Of a stretch of DNA of 64,000 nucleotides, positions 23,482-35,425 are shown one piece after another; within the stretch, counting starts at the first letter, position 1; every line of letters begins with the position of its first letter. Source of the stretch: Nemertoderma westbladi (Eukaryota; Animalia; Xenacoelomorpha); contig JAUCBJ010008582.1 of the NCBI GenBank assembly GCA_032718475.1, positions 1-64,000 of the forward strand. The letters are read 5' to 3'. The notes under the pieces are model-generated. The model searched no databases and had not been told where the DNA came from. It saw nothing but the letters and a program-made list of their open reading frames with translations. The position numbers and the translations under genes were made by a program.

Positions 23482-24486
23482 GTAATTTTACAATTTACAA
23501 TTTTACAATTCTAATTTGTAATGCGCCTAGCACAATAAACTACCCGACCGCCTGAACGGTACAATCTTGATTCAGGCAAGACACGGTAACCTTCTCTTGG
23601 CCTACAGACTCCAATACAAGCAATGGACACCGTTGTACTACAAAATAAGCCACAAGCGCACCTATACATGGCAAATAAGTTAGGCGTACAGTTGTGATGT
23701 ACCCTACCAATGTACATGCCCCGTAATGGTGTGCCTGCGTCCTATCTGTGTACCTGTATCTATTCTCTCTCTCTCTTTTACTCTCCCCCGTAGGAATGTG
23801 AAGGAGTACCGCGGGTTCTGCCAGAATCAAAACAGTACAGTTCCTAAATTTAAATTTTGGCGCACAGCGTGTCACTACGTCTACCTTTGATCTCAGGTCT
23901 TACACTTAGGTAGCAAGGCATCAAACGCTGTCTAACCTTTCAGGCGATGGGCGAAGAACTATGAATCGATATTGTGGGTGGTCTCCTTTCTACATTCCAC
24001 CGATGTTCCCGTTCATTGCTGCGGCCTGCTGCTTAACCTGCCATCTGTCCCTCAGTTGGGTTCACCGTGGTGAATCATGTTAAAACAGATGTAACAATAA
24101 TTCTAACTTTATTACAAATAGCAAACAAATTACGAAGATAAAGCACAAAGATAATCTAGTGATTAAGATTGATAACTAATTGCACAAAACGCACCTTTAT
24201 ATAGTAAATTAGTGCTGCCAATAATCTAGATAAATCTAGATCATTCTATAGGTTCCATTACGTTTTTAAAGATAACCATTGGTCCAACAAACGCATAACT
24301 TGCACGACATTGGTTACTGTCAAATAACTGCAATTACATTGGTTAATCTACCTTGAGCAGATACAATTCAATCGTAGCGGTCAATTCAAATAAGTTGAAA
24401 ATTGGCACAAAAAACAATTTACACCTGCTAGGATTTGAACTCGATACCTATCAAACGATTTTCTAACGCATAACCAACTGAGCTAC

Positions 24487-26582
24487 GGCTGGGGTAAGAT
24501 AGCCTGATTGGAGGGGGGAAGAAAAAATGACAACAAAGGAGGAAAAAGGGGGGCAAGAGAAAAGGGGAAAGAAAGGGAAGGATAAAAAGGGAAAGGACGG
24601 AAAGGAAAGAAAAAGACAAGAAAGTTATCGATCTTAGCTTACAAGTATCACTATCTCAACCTCGTGTCTGTCGGTCTGTTTGTCTGACGGTATGTCGTCG
24701 GTCGGTCTGTCGGTCTAATCTTTGGTCTCGATTAAATGAGGCCGTTTCTGGCGTCGCACAATTTCGTGGTCCGCCGCTAGGTTGTGCTAAATATATTGTC
24801 ATCTAGGCTTACTAACTCACTCTCGTGCAGCGCGAAGGCCCACCCCACGCCCTCGTGTTGCGTTAAAAAAGAGAACAATGGCGAAAGGGAAAGAAAATAA
24901 AAAAGAGGGTTTGGAATTAAGAGAAAATAAAATTGGAATAATACACACATTTCTTTGCTTTTAATAATTAGTAGATAAATATTTATTGATTAAATACTGT
25001 AAATGCCGCATTACACAATTTAACGGCAGTGAAACGTTTATGTAATTAAATAACGGTATACCTTCTTTTCGTGCCATTATGGTAAATGGCACCAAAAAAA
25101 GGTATACCGTTATACACGACGTTATATTGAACTTATATTAGCTATTATAATAAATTGAGCTATTACTGTATAAAAAACGTAGGTCCTTCCTAAATTACAG
25201 AATATTATTATACTGTAATATAATAAAAACTACAGTTACATAAGGTAAAATTGAACATATGTTAAAATTGTACGTCGGTAAACACGTAATATAATAAATT
25301 ATATACGATACTTTGTGTAGTATTTTGCTGATCAGAGTGGCCTGTAACACAAGTATAAGTAACTTAGTTGTTACACGAACGAACGTTGGTAGTGGGTGTA
25401 AATTAAGCCACAAAACTGTAAAGTTATGGGATCAAACACTGAAAAGTTATGTAGCCTACAGGTAGCGTTACTTACGCAGTAACATGCGCTCTCCCTTTTG
25501 ACGTTCATAAAAATAGATATTCGATAGGTCATCTGTCATCAAATACTCCCCGTTCCCCAATCGTTCCCCAACAGCGATATGTTCCGATGTACTTGCTCAT
25601 CTGGTGCTTCATGTTCGGCGGTAAAATATCGGTGGCGACTGGGCACCGCCACTTCCCCTTTATAGCCACATTTGGCCCCAAACCAAATTATATCAATTTC
25701 GTTTCGGTTCTAAGCATTCTTGCAGTAGTTGTTTGTACAATATGTGTCTCGTCAGTTTGTTTGTATAGTTGGTGTTTCGCCAGTGTAGTTGTTTGTACAG
25801 TAGGTGTTTTGTCAGTAATTGTTTGTAAAGTTTTGGTGTTTCGTCGGTAGTTGTTTGTATAGTTGACGCAACTTGTATAAATAACTTGTATTTATGTATT
25901 TATGACACATTGATGACTCATTGCTGGGTCTGCTGTGTTAAGTCAAATGTATACAGAGTACAGCAGGGTGGCAGGCTGGAAACCAATAACCAAGCCTTGA
26001 CCTGGTGGCACCTACTACCAGTACAAGTAAACCACATAATGGAGTCTACAGTATGTGCTTGGCTTCCCAGATAGAGAGATAGACACTGGTTGGTTATGTA
26101 CAATACAAGGCCGCTGTCCACTGCGTCAAGATACAATGAAGCAAGTTCTATGCAGCTATGCTTAGATGTAGGGTCACATACTTTATGATAATATACACCA
26201 CACAACTCATTATTTACATGTTTGTTTGATTTAAACAAGAATGCAAATTAAAAATATTCAAATGGAGCATTCACATATTTTTTGTTAATTTTTTTCCGTA
26301 ATGAAATACTTAGTTACGTCTGAATTTATTATTAATTCATAGTACAATCCATTCTCGGCATCCAGAAAGTTTTCAACTACAAACAGCTTATGAATTCTAA
26401 ATTAGCCAATCACAGGCCTCGGTTACTAAGTTGGATTCAAGATGGAATTCCCTAGCTAGCTAAGTTGAACAACCAATCAAACGTGTCTCTGCCTGGGACG
26501 TACCTTAGCCCTCTGCCTAGGACGGACCTCAGCTTAGCCTAGGACGCACCTAGGACGCACCTCAGGGCCAACTGTTTTTGGG
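24487..26582. mobile_element. 2096-bp non-coding TIR-less insertion, copy 1
   Basis: Flanked by CTGAGCTAC at 24478-24486 and 26583-26591. Ends GGCTGGGG...TTTTTGGG. Subterminal GGACGNACCT repeats; internal hairpin at ~25051-25112. Confidence 0.85.
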
Positions 26583-26591
26583 CTGAGCTAC

Positions 26592-28687
26592 GGCTGGGGT
26601 AAGATAGCCTGATTGGAGGGGGGAAGAAAAAATGACAACAAAGGAGGAAAAAGGGGGGCAAGAGAAAAGGGGAAAGAAAGGGAAGGATAAAAAGGGAAAG
26701 GACGGAAAGGAAAGAAAAAGACAAGAAAGTTATCGATCTTAGCTTACAAGTATCACTATCTCAACCTCGTGTCTGTCGGTCTGTTTGTCTGACGGTATGT
26801 CGTCGGTCGGTCTGTCGGTCTAATCTTTGGTCTCGATTAAATGAGGCCGTTTCTGGCGTCGCACAATTTCGTGGTCCGCCGCTAGGTTGTGCTAAATATA
26901 TTGTCATCTAGGCTTACTAACTCACTCTCGTGCAGCGCGAAGGCCCACCCCACGCCCTCGTGTTGCGTTAAAAAAGAGAACAATGGCGAAAGGGAAAGAA
27001 AATAAAAAAGAGGGTTTGGAATTAAGAGAAAATAAAATTGGAATAATACACACATTTCTTTGCTTTTAATAATTAGTAGATAAATATTTATTGATTAAAT
27101 ACTGTAAATGCCGCATTACACAATTTAACTGCAGTGAAACGTTTATGTAATTAAATAACGGTATACCTTCTTTTCGTGCCATTATGGTAAATGGCACCAA
27201 AAAAAGGTATACCGTTATACACGACGTTATATTGAACTTATATTAGCTATTATAATAAATTGAGCTATTACTGTATAAAAAACGTAGGTCCTTCCTAAAT
27301 TACAGAATATTATTATACTGTAATATAATAAAAACTACAGTTACATAAGGTAAAATTGAACATATGTTAAAATTGTACGTCGGTAAACACGTAATATAAT
27401 AAATTATATACGATACTTTGTGTAGTATTTTGCTGATCAGAGTGGCCTGTAACACAAGTATAAGTAACTTAGTTGTTACACGAACGAACGTTGGTAGTGG
27501 GTGTAAATTAAGCCACAAAACTGTAAAGTTATGGGATCAAACACTGAAAAGTTATGTAGCCTACAGGTAGCGTTACTTACGCAGTAACATGCGCTCTCCC
27601 TTTTGACGTTCATAAAAATAGATATTCGATAGGTCATCTGTCATCAAATACTCCCCGTTCCCCAATCGTTCCCCAACAGCGATATGTTCCGATGTACTTG
27701 CTCATCTGGTGCTTCATGTTCGGCGGTAAAATATCGGTGGCGACTGGGCACCGCCACTTCCCCTTTATAGCCACATTTGGCCCCAAACCAAATTATATCA
27801 ATTTCGTTTCGGCTCTAAGCATTCTTGCAGTAGTTGTTTGTACAATATGTGTCTCGTCAGTTTGTTTGTATAGTTGGTGTTTCGCCAGTGTAGTTGTTTG
27901 TACAGTAGGTGTTTTGTCAGTAATTGTTTGTAAAGTTTTGGTGTTTCGTCGGTAGTTGTTTGTATAGTTGACGCAACTTGTATAAATAACTTGTATTTAT
28001 GTATTTATGACACATTGATGACTCATTGCTGGGTCTGCTGTGTTAAGTCAAATGTATACAGAGTACAGCAGGGTGGCAGGCTGGAAACCAATAACCAAGC
28101 CTTGACCTGGTGGCACCTACTACCAGTACAAGTAAACCACATAATGGAGTCTACAGTATGTGCTTGGCTTCCCAGATAGAGAGATAGACACTGGTTGGTT
28201 ATGTACAATACAAGGCCGCTGTCCACTGCGTCAAGATACAATGAAGCAAGTTCTATGCAGCTATGCTTAGATGTAGGGTCACATACTTTATGATAATATA
28301 CACCACACAACTCATTATTTACATGTTTGTTTGATTTAAACAAGAATGCAAATTAAAAATATTCAAATGGAGCATTCACATATTTTTTGTTAATTTTTTT
28401 CCGTAATGAAATACTTAGTTACGTCTGAATTTATTATTAATTCATAGTACAATCCATTCTCGGCATCCAGAAAGTTTTCAACTACAAACAGCTTATGAAT
28501 TCTAAATTAGCCAATCACAGGCCTCGGTTACTAAGTTGGATTCAAGATGGAATTCCCTAGCTAGCTAAGTTGAACAACCAATCAAACGTGTCTCTGCCTG
28601 GGACGTACCTTAGCCCTCTGCCTAGGACGGACCTCAGCTTAGCCTAGGACGCACCTAGGACGCACCTCAGGGCCAACTGTTTTTGGG
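26592..28687. mobile_element. 2096-bp non-coding TIR-less insertion, copy 2
   Basis: Exact 2105-bp period with copy 1 and only a few substitutions. Followed by CTGAGCTAC at 28688-28696. Confidence 0.85.
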
Positions 28688-28994
28688 CTGAGCTACTGAA
28701 CCACTTGAATAATGTTGCACAAATAGCTATACCAAATGCAAATGAGAACTTAATGTAATCTTATAACATATGAACCTATCAAATAATGCAAATTAATTCC
28801 AACTAAATAAAATTTTGAAATTTCACGGCTTTTGTGAGGATATAATTCTATAGTAGGGCCTAGCTATATTATTATAACATGGCTCCAAACGCCACCATAA
28901 ATATAAGCTAACTGATTTATAACATAATTTATGTCACTTTTTACATTTATTTATACAGCAACAAATTTAATTTGTCCAGTTTCTATCACTTATA

Positions 28995-29174
28995 CACCAT
29001 GTCCTGGAATATAGTGTCGATATTCATTCAGATCCCCCCCCCCCCCCCCCCCTTCCAAATTGTTTTACAAATCTTAATGAGATTGCATGAAATTTGAAAC
29101 AGAGATAATTTCACCACCCTCCTCCTTGCTGGGTGAGCCAGTTTTTATTTTCGCTTTCATTCTTTAGCTACAAG
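28995..29174. mobile_element. Left-arm fragment of the fold-back MITE family at 30587-31503
   Basis: TA-CACCATGTCCTGGAATATAGTGTCG terminus and colinear similarity. Confidence 0.75.
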
Positions 29175-29499
29175 TGTCAATTTCGTAGTCAAACTACTGT
29201 AATACAAGAAAAAACTATGTTTTATTTCAAAACAAATGTTTTATTTATTTTATTCTCTCACTAATGCCTTTATCATAACATCAATTCCTTGTAGGCGCGA
29301 TTAGTTATCCTAAAAACTTTATTTAAACTGTAACTAAATTATATTTCAGTGGTCTTTTTTACAATTATTCTACAGTTAATTACAATATGATTAAAAATCC
29401 TCCTGTCTAATTTATACACTAATCTTTAGAAAAAAAAATTTAAATTAATAAGTGGTGTGATCTCTTGTTTGACTGTTAAAAACATTAATATTTACAAAA

Positions 29500-29660
29500 T
29501 AATAAGATACGAAAATACGATACGATATACGAAAAATATTTATTCGTCTTAAACGATACGAAGTCAATTTTTATGATACGATACGAAATTCGATACGAAT
29601 AAAATACTACGATACGAAATACGAAAATCCGTTTTCGTATCGTATCGTATCCTGTCCCTG
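29500..29660. mobile_element. End of a hAT-like non-autonomous element with TACGA(T/A) subterminal repeats
   Basis: Clustered TACGATACGAAA repeats ending CGTATCCTGTCCCTG, analogous to the ends of the 32775-34070 element. Confidence 0.5.
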
Positions 29661-30586
29661 CTTTACACACAAGTATGTAAATAGTTATTACGATAAAAAA
29701 CAGTGCGTTTTTTAAATATTGAAACTTATTTGGAAAAATAGCGGTAATTTCCATGAAAATTACGAAAATTCATGTAATCGGCCATGCTGATTCCAAAAAA
29801 ACAGCTTACAACTTCTGAAAATAAACCATCAAAGGAGTAGCATTTTAAGTCAAAAATGTTAATTTTGGCCCTGGCCGCTAAGGGGCGTCAAAAACGAATT
29901 TTTTTTTTTGAAAATATTACAATTCAATATAGTCCACCCAAAATGTATCTTACACTTTTTTTCTACTTAATCGCTCTTTGGTGCAGTATGCATTTCAAAT
30001 GTTGACTTCCAAGCCAGTACCCCCCCCCCCCCCCCCCCCCCTTAATTGAACGAGGGTCACGGGCTAATTATGAACAAAGGCTCTAATTTTATTTATTTGA
30101 GGGAAATTATTTGCAGTTATGCACTTAAACTTTCTAGAACAACCAAATAATGACGTGGTGACATACTGGACATACTTAGTAAAATTTATGGCGTAGGTAG
30201 GGACATACTGAGAAATAATGTCGCACTGCGATATAAAGCTGGAAAGTATGTCGCCCTGGCGATTTGGTAGTGCGAAATTAATTCCACACAAATAAATAAA
30301 ATATATTTATAACCATTCCACAATTACAATGGGTGCATTAAATTAAACTTCCAGCCAAATACACATTTGTACATAATCGCTAATATAGTAAGTTAAATTG
30401 TAACGGAAACATGTACCATTTTTTGTTAAATTCCAGTGAATTTGTTACTTTTAATATATGGAAGCAATCGGATGAATTGTCTTAACTGTTTCTGGAGACA
30501 ATTTTTTTAATTGCTAATTACAGAAAATCCTCAACAATGAAAAACATTTCCAACCAAAATCGCCAAAAACATTTACTACATATATA

Positions 30587-31503
30587 CACCATGTCCTGGA
30601 ATATAGTGTCGTTATTCAGATACATGCCCCCCCCCCCCCCCCCAAATTTTTCTACAAATCTTAATGAGATTGCCTGAAATTTGAAACAGAGATGGTTTCA
30701 TCCCCCTCCTCCTCCGTTGGGTGAGCCAGAATTTTTATTTTTGCTTTCATTCTTTAGCTACAAGCGTTTGAAAAAAGTGTCTCCGTCGATATTGCACCAG
30801 TTACACCACAGTTATTCTTCAAAACATTTAGTGATTCGATGGTACTAGTAGAAAGCTGGCCGTGCAAGGATTCCAAATATATAAAAATATTTGAATTTGG
30901 TTGGGAAATAACTGAGATATGGGCAATCGAATTTTGCATGTATTTGCTTCCTCTGCAGGCCATTTATTCTATTAAATAAATACACAATGTTCTAGAACAG
31001 TTTGTTTATCTCATAAGCAGCTTGGCAACAATGCAATGCCTACATGATAATACTAGTTTATAGATATTCTCACATAATCAAAATGTTCTAGAACACTGTG
31101 TATTTATTTAATAGAATAAATGGCCTGCAGTGGAAGCTAATACATGCAAAATTCGAATGCCCATATCTCAGCTATTTCCCAACCAAATTCAAATATTTTT
31201 ACATATTTGGAATCCTTGCACGGTCAGCTTTCTACTTGTACCAACGAATCACTAAATGTTTGAAGAATAACTGCGGTGTAACTGGTGCAATATCGACGGA
31301 GACACTTTTTTTAAACGCTTGTAGCTAAAGAGTGAAAGCAAAACTAAAAATTCTGGCTCACCCAGTCAGTGGTCGGGAGGTGAAACAATCTCTGTTTCAA
31401 ATTTCATGCAATCTCATTAAGATTTGTAGAAAAATTGGGGGGGGGGGGGGGTGGGGGGGGGGGCATGTACCTGAATAACGACACTATATTCCAGGACATG
31501 GTG
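30587..31503. mobile_element. Fold-back MITE with ~420-bp inverted arms and TA target duplication (Tc1/mariner-type)
   Basis: TA|CACCATGTCCTGGAATATAGTGTCG ... CGACACTATATTCCAGGACATGGTG|TA. The arms are complementary almost to the centre. Confidence 0.88.
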
Positions 31504-31939
31504 TAGGTACAAAAGCATGCTTGCATGCATGTGTGCAAAAGCATGCATGCTTGTGTATGCAATATTCAGTGAAAAAAAAACGGCATATATCTGCCGGACT
31601 ATAAGTTTCCGTACCATTACGGTTATGTTGTTTAGTTTTAAGAAAAAATTTAAAGACTAACCGACTAAACAGAAAAGACTAACAGAGTTATCTACCGAGT
31701 TCATAATAGACACCAATACCGGTAACAGTACAGCAGCAACGGTATAATCAGATACAGAGCTATAAAAACTGAAAAAGAACTTTACAAAACGGTTATTATA
31801 TATATAGGCCTTACATATATATATAGGTCTATTATTACTGTATTACCGGTGCGGTACAGCCTGCTATTACAGTATTAGGTCTAAAATTATTAACTACAAT
31901 CTGACAATATAGTACAATATTATAAATTCGCCAAGGGAT

Positions 31940-32338
31940 TCAGCTCCGCATATCCCGATAGAGTTTTAAGTTTGTATATAATTTTTCACGCAAAGTTGAA
32001 TCCTTTGTCGGAGTGATCTCTACCCGGGCACCATCCCTCCAGAGATCTTGGTTCTCGCTAAACGGTGTAGTCAGTGTCTCCTCGCTCTTATACCGGGTGT
32101 ATTCGTACATGTAGAACCGCAGGGGGATTTCGACTGCGACGGCCGCGCATACCAGCCATCCCGCGTATCGCGCTAGAACGCGAAAGGAACGCAGCCGACC
32201 GAAACTTTCCGGTTTGTTGCTACGGATTGAATGTTCCACATCCAACCGGACCGTATGGGTTGGTTCACCTGGTTTTAACCATCGCGTGAATAATGGTTTC
32301 TTGTGGTGGACCGTAGCTGAAGGCGCTGCTTTATCCAT
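31940..32338 (-). CDS. Possible small host protein (132 aa) with one hydrophobic segment, function unknown
   Basis: ATG-to-stop ORF that coincides with a GC-richer island in AT-rich DNA. Hydrophobic stretch YAGWLVCAAVAVEIPL is preceded by basic residues. No family recognised. Confidence 0.45.
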   Translation of the reverse strand: MDKAAPSATVHHKKPLFTRWLKPGEPTHTVRLDVEHSIRSNKPESFGRLRSFRVLARYAGWLVCAAVAVEIPLRFYMYEYTRYKSEETLTTPFSENQDLWRDGARVEITPTKDSTLREKLYTNLKLYRDMRS

Positions 32339-32599
32339 TTCAGCATTTAGGTCTACCTATACCTGTATACTTTTGTACAGCTACAGTACTGCAGTACAGC
32401 AGTAGTACAGTAAAATAACTGACAAATAATGCAAAATGACAGGAAATTCCTGAATTCAGAATTTCAGATTTGTTACCTAACTTCTGAACTTCAAAGTAGG
32501 GCAGTACGATGGGCTGATAGACAGGTAGATAGGCCTAACGGTAGGCCTATTAGGTAGTTCTTTTCATGTTTATTTCCTTTTGCAGCTCAGCGAGCGTAA

Positions 32600-34837
32600 T
32601 GCTGAAATTAGCGTGAGCCGATCTTTTCCTATTTATGGAACTTGTTTCATCTAAAATTGAAATTATAATGAGTTTGGTTAGGTGGATATGAAGACTAAGG
32701 TTTTTAGAAATGTAATAAACTGACATTCTGGAATTTTTATATTCTTATTGTTGCCAAGGTAACCGCTTGCAAAGCAGGGACTGGGATCGAATAGAAATCG
32801 AATCGACTCGAACGAATTTTACTGCGTCGAAATCGAATCGAAAGATATTATTCCAGAAATCGAATCGAATCGAAAAATGACGAAATCGAATCGACAAATC
32901 GAAAGAAAATATTCGATTCGATTCGACTTTGAAAATTAGACGAAATCACAGCCTAGATTTATTTAATTAATTATGGGATTTAATAGAAATACTGTGATTC
33001 AACTTTTTTGTGATTTAACAGTCTATTTACCACTGCTGGCGTGTTGGGGGAACCAAAACAATAAACGAAAGTTACTGTAACACATGTGTTTTGTATAGGT
33101 CTATATTCTTTGAATCTTTGTTTTGACTCACCCGTGGTCTGATCCTACAATTTTGTCGGGCACGCACGCACCCCACCCCCTGGCCCCTAATGGAATAATG
33201 TACATACATATTATTTTTTGGCAAAATTTGGCCAACAGTAAATTTTAAAAATAATTACTTATTAAATGGGAAAAAAAGTACAACTTTTTTCACTATTCTC
33301 GAGATATTTTATATATTTTTAATAATTTTCTAAGTTTATTCACATGTAATACTAATTCCATTCTTAAATTGGTACTTTTTGTTTTTGGTACATTAATGAA
33401 TGGTACTGTAGAACAAAATACTGTGTAGTGTTCAAAATAAATTGAACTGTAGTATTTTACTTTATTGCTTCCATAGTTACAGCGATTCCAATTACTGTAT
33501 TCTTCAACTCCTGATGCTGCCTTACTCAATGTTAAAATAATTTAGTGTTCTTGAATATTTATTACGTAACTAGAGAGCCGCTTAACAACATAAACCAAAT
33601 ATTGGATATTAAATAATTTTTTGGTGTAGGCCTACACCGTGAACACTCTAAAGTTTCAATAACCTTTGAGTTGTGAATGGATTTTGCTCTAATTTCATTA
33701 CTTGTAAACCTTTTCTACTTCGATGCTTTTTCAACATTTGTAATAAAATGTTAGAAATTCCACCAAAATTAATTCACCAGGTTAGGTAAAATCAAAAATA
33801 ATTCGCCGGGAAAAAGTAACATCACTGCATTCCTATGGGTTACTTTTTTTTCCTAGGGAAAAAAGTACTCATTTTCTCCCGATTTGGGGTATATTCGAGC
33901 GAAAAAGTAACAATTTAAGAATAAAATTTATAATGTATATTTAATGTCAAATAATTAAGCTAATATTTAAAGGTCGAATAATCGAATCAAAGTCGAAATT
34001 TTTAACCTGAGTCGAATCGAAATCGAATCGAAAAATATATGGGATTTCGATTCGATTCCAGTCCCTCCTGGTGCAAAGTTCAAACTTTGCACGTCTGTAC
34101 TTCAAGAAAACATGGATCCTGTTCTTGATACTTGGTAGGTGAGTAAAATGAAATAAAATATATCAATTTATTTGACATTTGAATTTGTTTACATTCTCGT
34201 TGCCATGGTAATAAGAATAATTAAAAATTTGGATAATTGTTTCCAATTAAGATACAATTTTTATTCGGTTTGTCAGTAAAATATTAAGTTAAATATGCCA
34301 ACGTTTTATTTTGTAATCGTAATAATTTGTGAATCGGAGTTATGAGGGTATATGTGCCCATAGACAAAACAGTCCAATCCGAGAGCAAGACTTGTGATAG
34401 CATGATTTTTACATTCCAGAATATTAAATTTCTGTTAACAATTATTAGAACTAAATTACAGGACCCAGCCAGGTATGTAAGTTTCAAATGATATAAATAG
34501 TATATCGTAGACCAATTTCCAGCACGAGATCATAATTGCAAATTATCTTTATACCCATCACCATGGAAACGGGATTGTAAACAAATTTAAATATCAAATG
34601 TATTGATAGAATTTTATTCGCTTTAATCACCTTCTGTTCTGTACTAAATGTTAAGATTATAAACTTACATCGTCTTGAATTACAATTTGAACTCAAAATT
34701 TGAACTTTGCACCCGGTTACCTTGACAACAACAATATAAAAATTCCAGAAAGATGGTTGACTGCATTTCTATGTGAATTTAAAGGAAATATTGTGAAAAT
34801 TATCTCCTAAATATGATAAAGATCGGACCACGCTAAT
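32600..34837. mobile_element. Degenerate inverted-arm non-autonomous DNA element hosting the hAT-like insert
   Basis: ATTAGCGTGAGCCGATCT (~32607) vs AGATCGGACCACGCTAAT (~34820); GGAATTTTTATATTCTTATTGTTGCCAAGGTAACCG (~32730) vs its approximate reverse complement at ~34715-34747. Related sequence at ~1700-1945. Confidence 0.5.
32775..34070. mobile_element. hAT-like non-autonomous element with AATCG subterminal repeats
   Basis: CAGGGACTGGGATCGAAT ... ATTCGATTCCAGTCCCT termini; flanks TTGCAAAG / GTGCAAAG (7 of 8 match, 8-bp TSD-like). Confidence 0.72.
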
Positions 34838-35425
34838 GGTCATCACCAATGACTGCCTCGGCTTATCGATTGACTGGAATCATGGATGCGGAAGTCAGGT
34901 TACTTCGGATCCTTATCGGACCTTCGGATACGTAAGGGGAAGGCGGAATCAAACGGAACCTAAGGTTCAATTATTTATGGCTGTAGTAGTACCAGCACTC
35001 TTATATGGGAGTACATGATGGGCTCTAACTGCAAAGGATACAAAATCTCTGGATGGCCCTTACTGTTAACTGCGCCGAGTTCATTGTTTCGTACAAAGCA
35101 CACATCTCCAATCAGACTCTATACAACATTGGAGGTGTTTCAATAGTCTCCCCTAGCTTGACACTTGAACGGAGCCTCCTCCGCTTTGTAGGACATTGCT
35201 TTCGCCGTGAGGAACAGCCAGTGCATAATCTTATGCTTTTGGCAGCCTCGTGGAGTGATTAACATGGTGGACAGCCCATGACATTCTTGAGACGCATCTT
35301 AAAGGACACTGGCCTTGAAGATGCGGAGGATCCAGCAAATGTCATGGGTGATAGAAGCACAGCATTCCTAATAGATATATAATATATATATATATATAAT
35401 GAAGCTGCAATGCAGCATGCCGATT
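34838..35425 (+). mobile_element. 5'-truncated RTE LINE fragment
   Basis: KVQLFMAVVVPALLYGS and LRFVGHCFRREEQPV match the 38908-39234 ORF. The 3' UTR GCTGCAATGCAGCATGCCGAT is shared with the copy at ~38720. Confidence 0.88.

Larger units (their letters stand above)
3428..28852 (-). mobile_element. BEL/Pao LTR retrotransposon E1: tandem LTR-internal-LTR-internal-LTR array
   Basis: Three near-identical LTRs (3428-3723 partial, 15910-16473, 24078-28852 interrupted) and two internal copies (3724-15909, 16474-24077). Domain order gag-PR-RT-RNase H-IN with BEL/Pao-type motifs. Confidence 0.93.
24078..28852 (-). repeat. E1 5' LTR, interrupted by a 4.2-kb tandem insertion
   Basis: 24078-24486 plus 28697-28852 reconstitutes the central LTR. 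Confidence 0.88.

Noticed and set aside
25195-28343. Short ORFs within the 2.1-kb tandem inserts
   Set aside because: Low-complexity, overlapping on both strands, with no transposase or recombinase motifs; they appear twice only because the DNA is duplicated.
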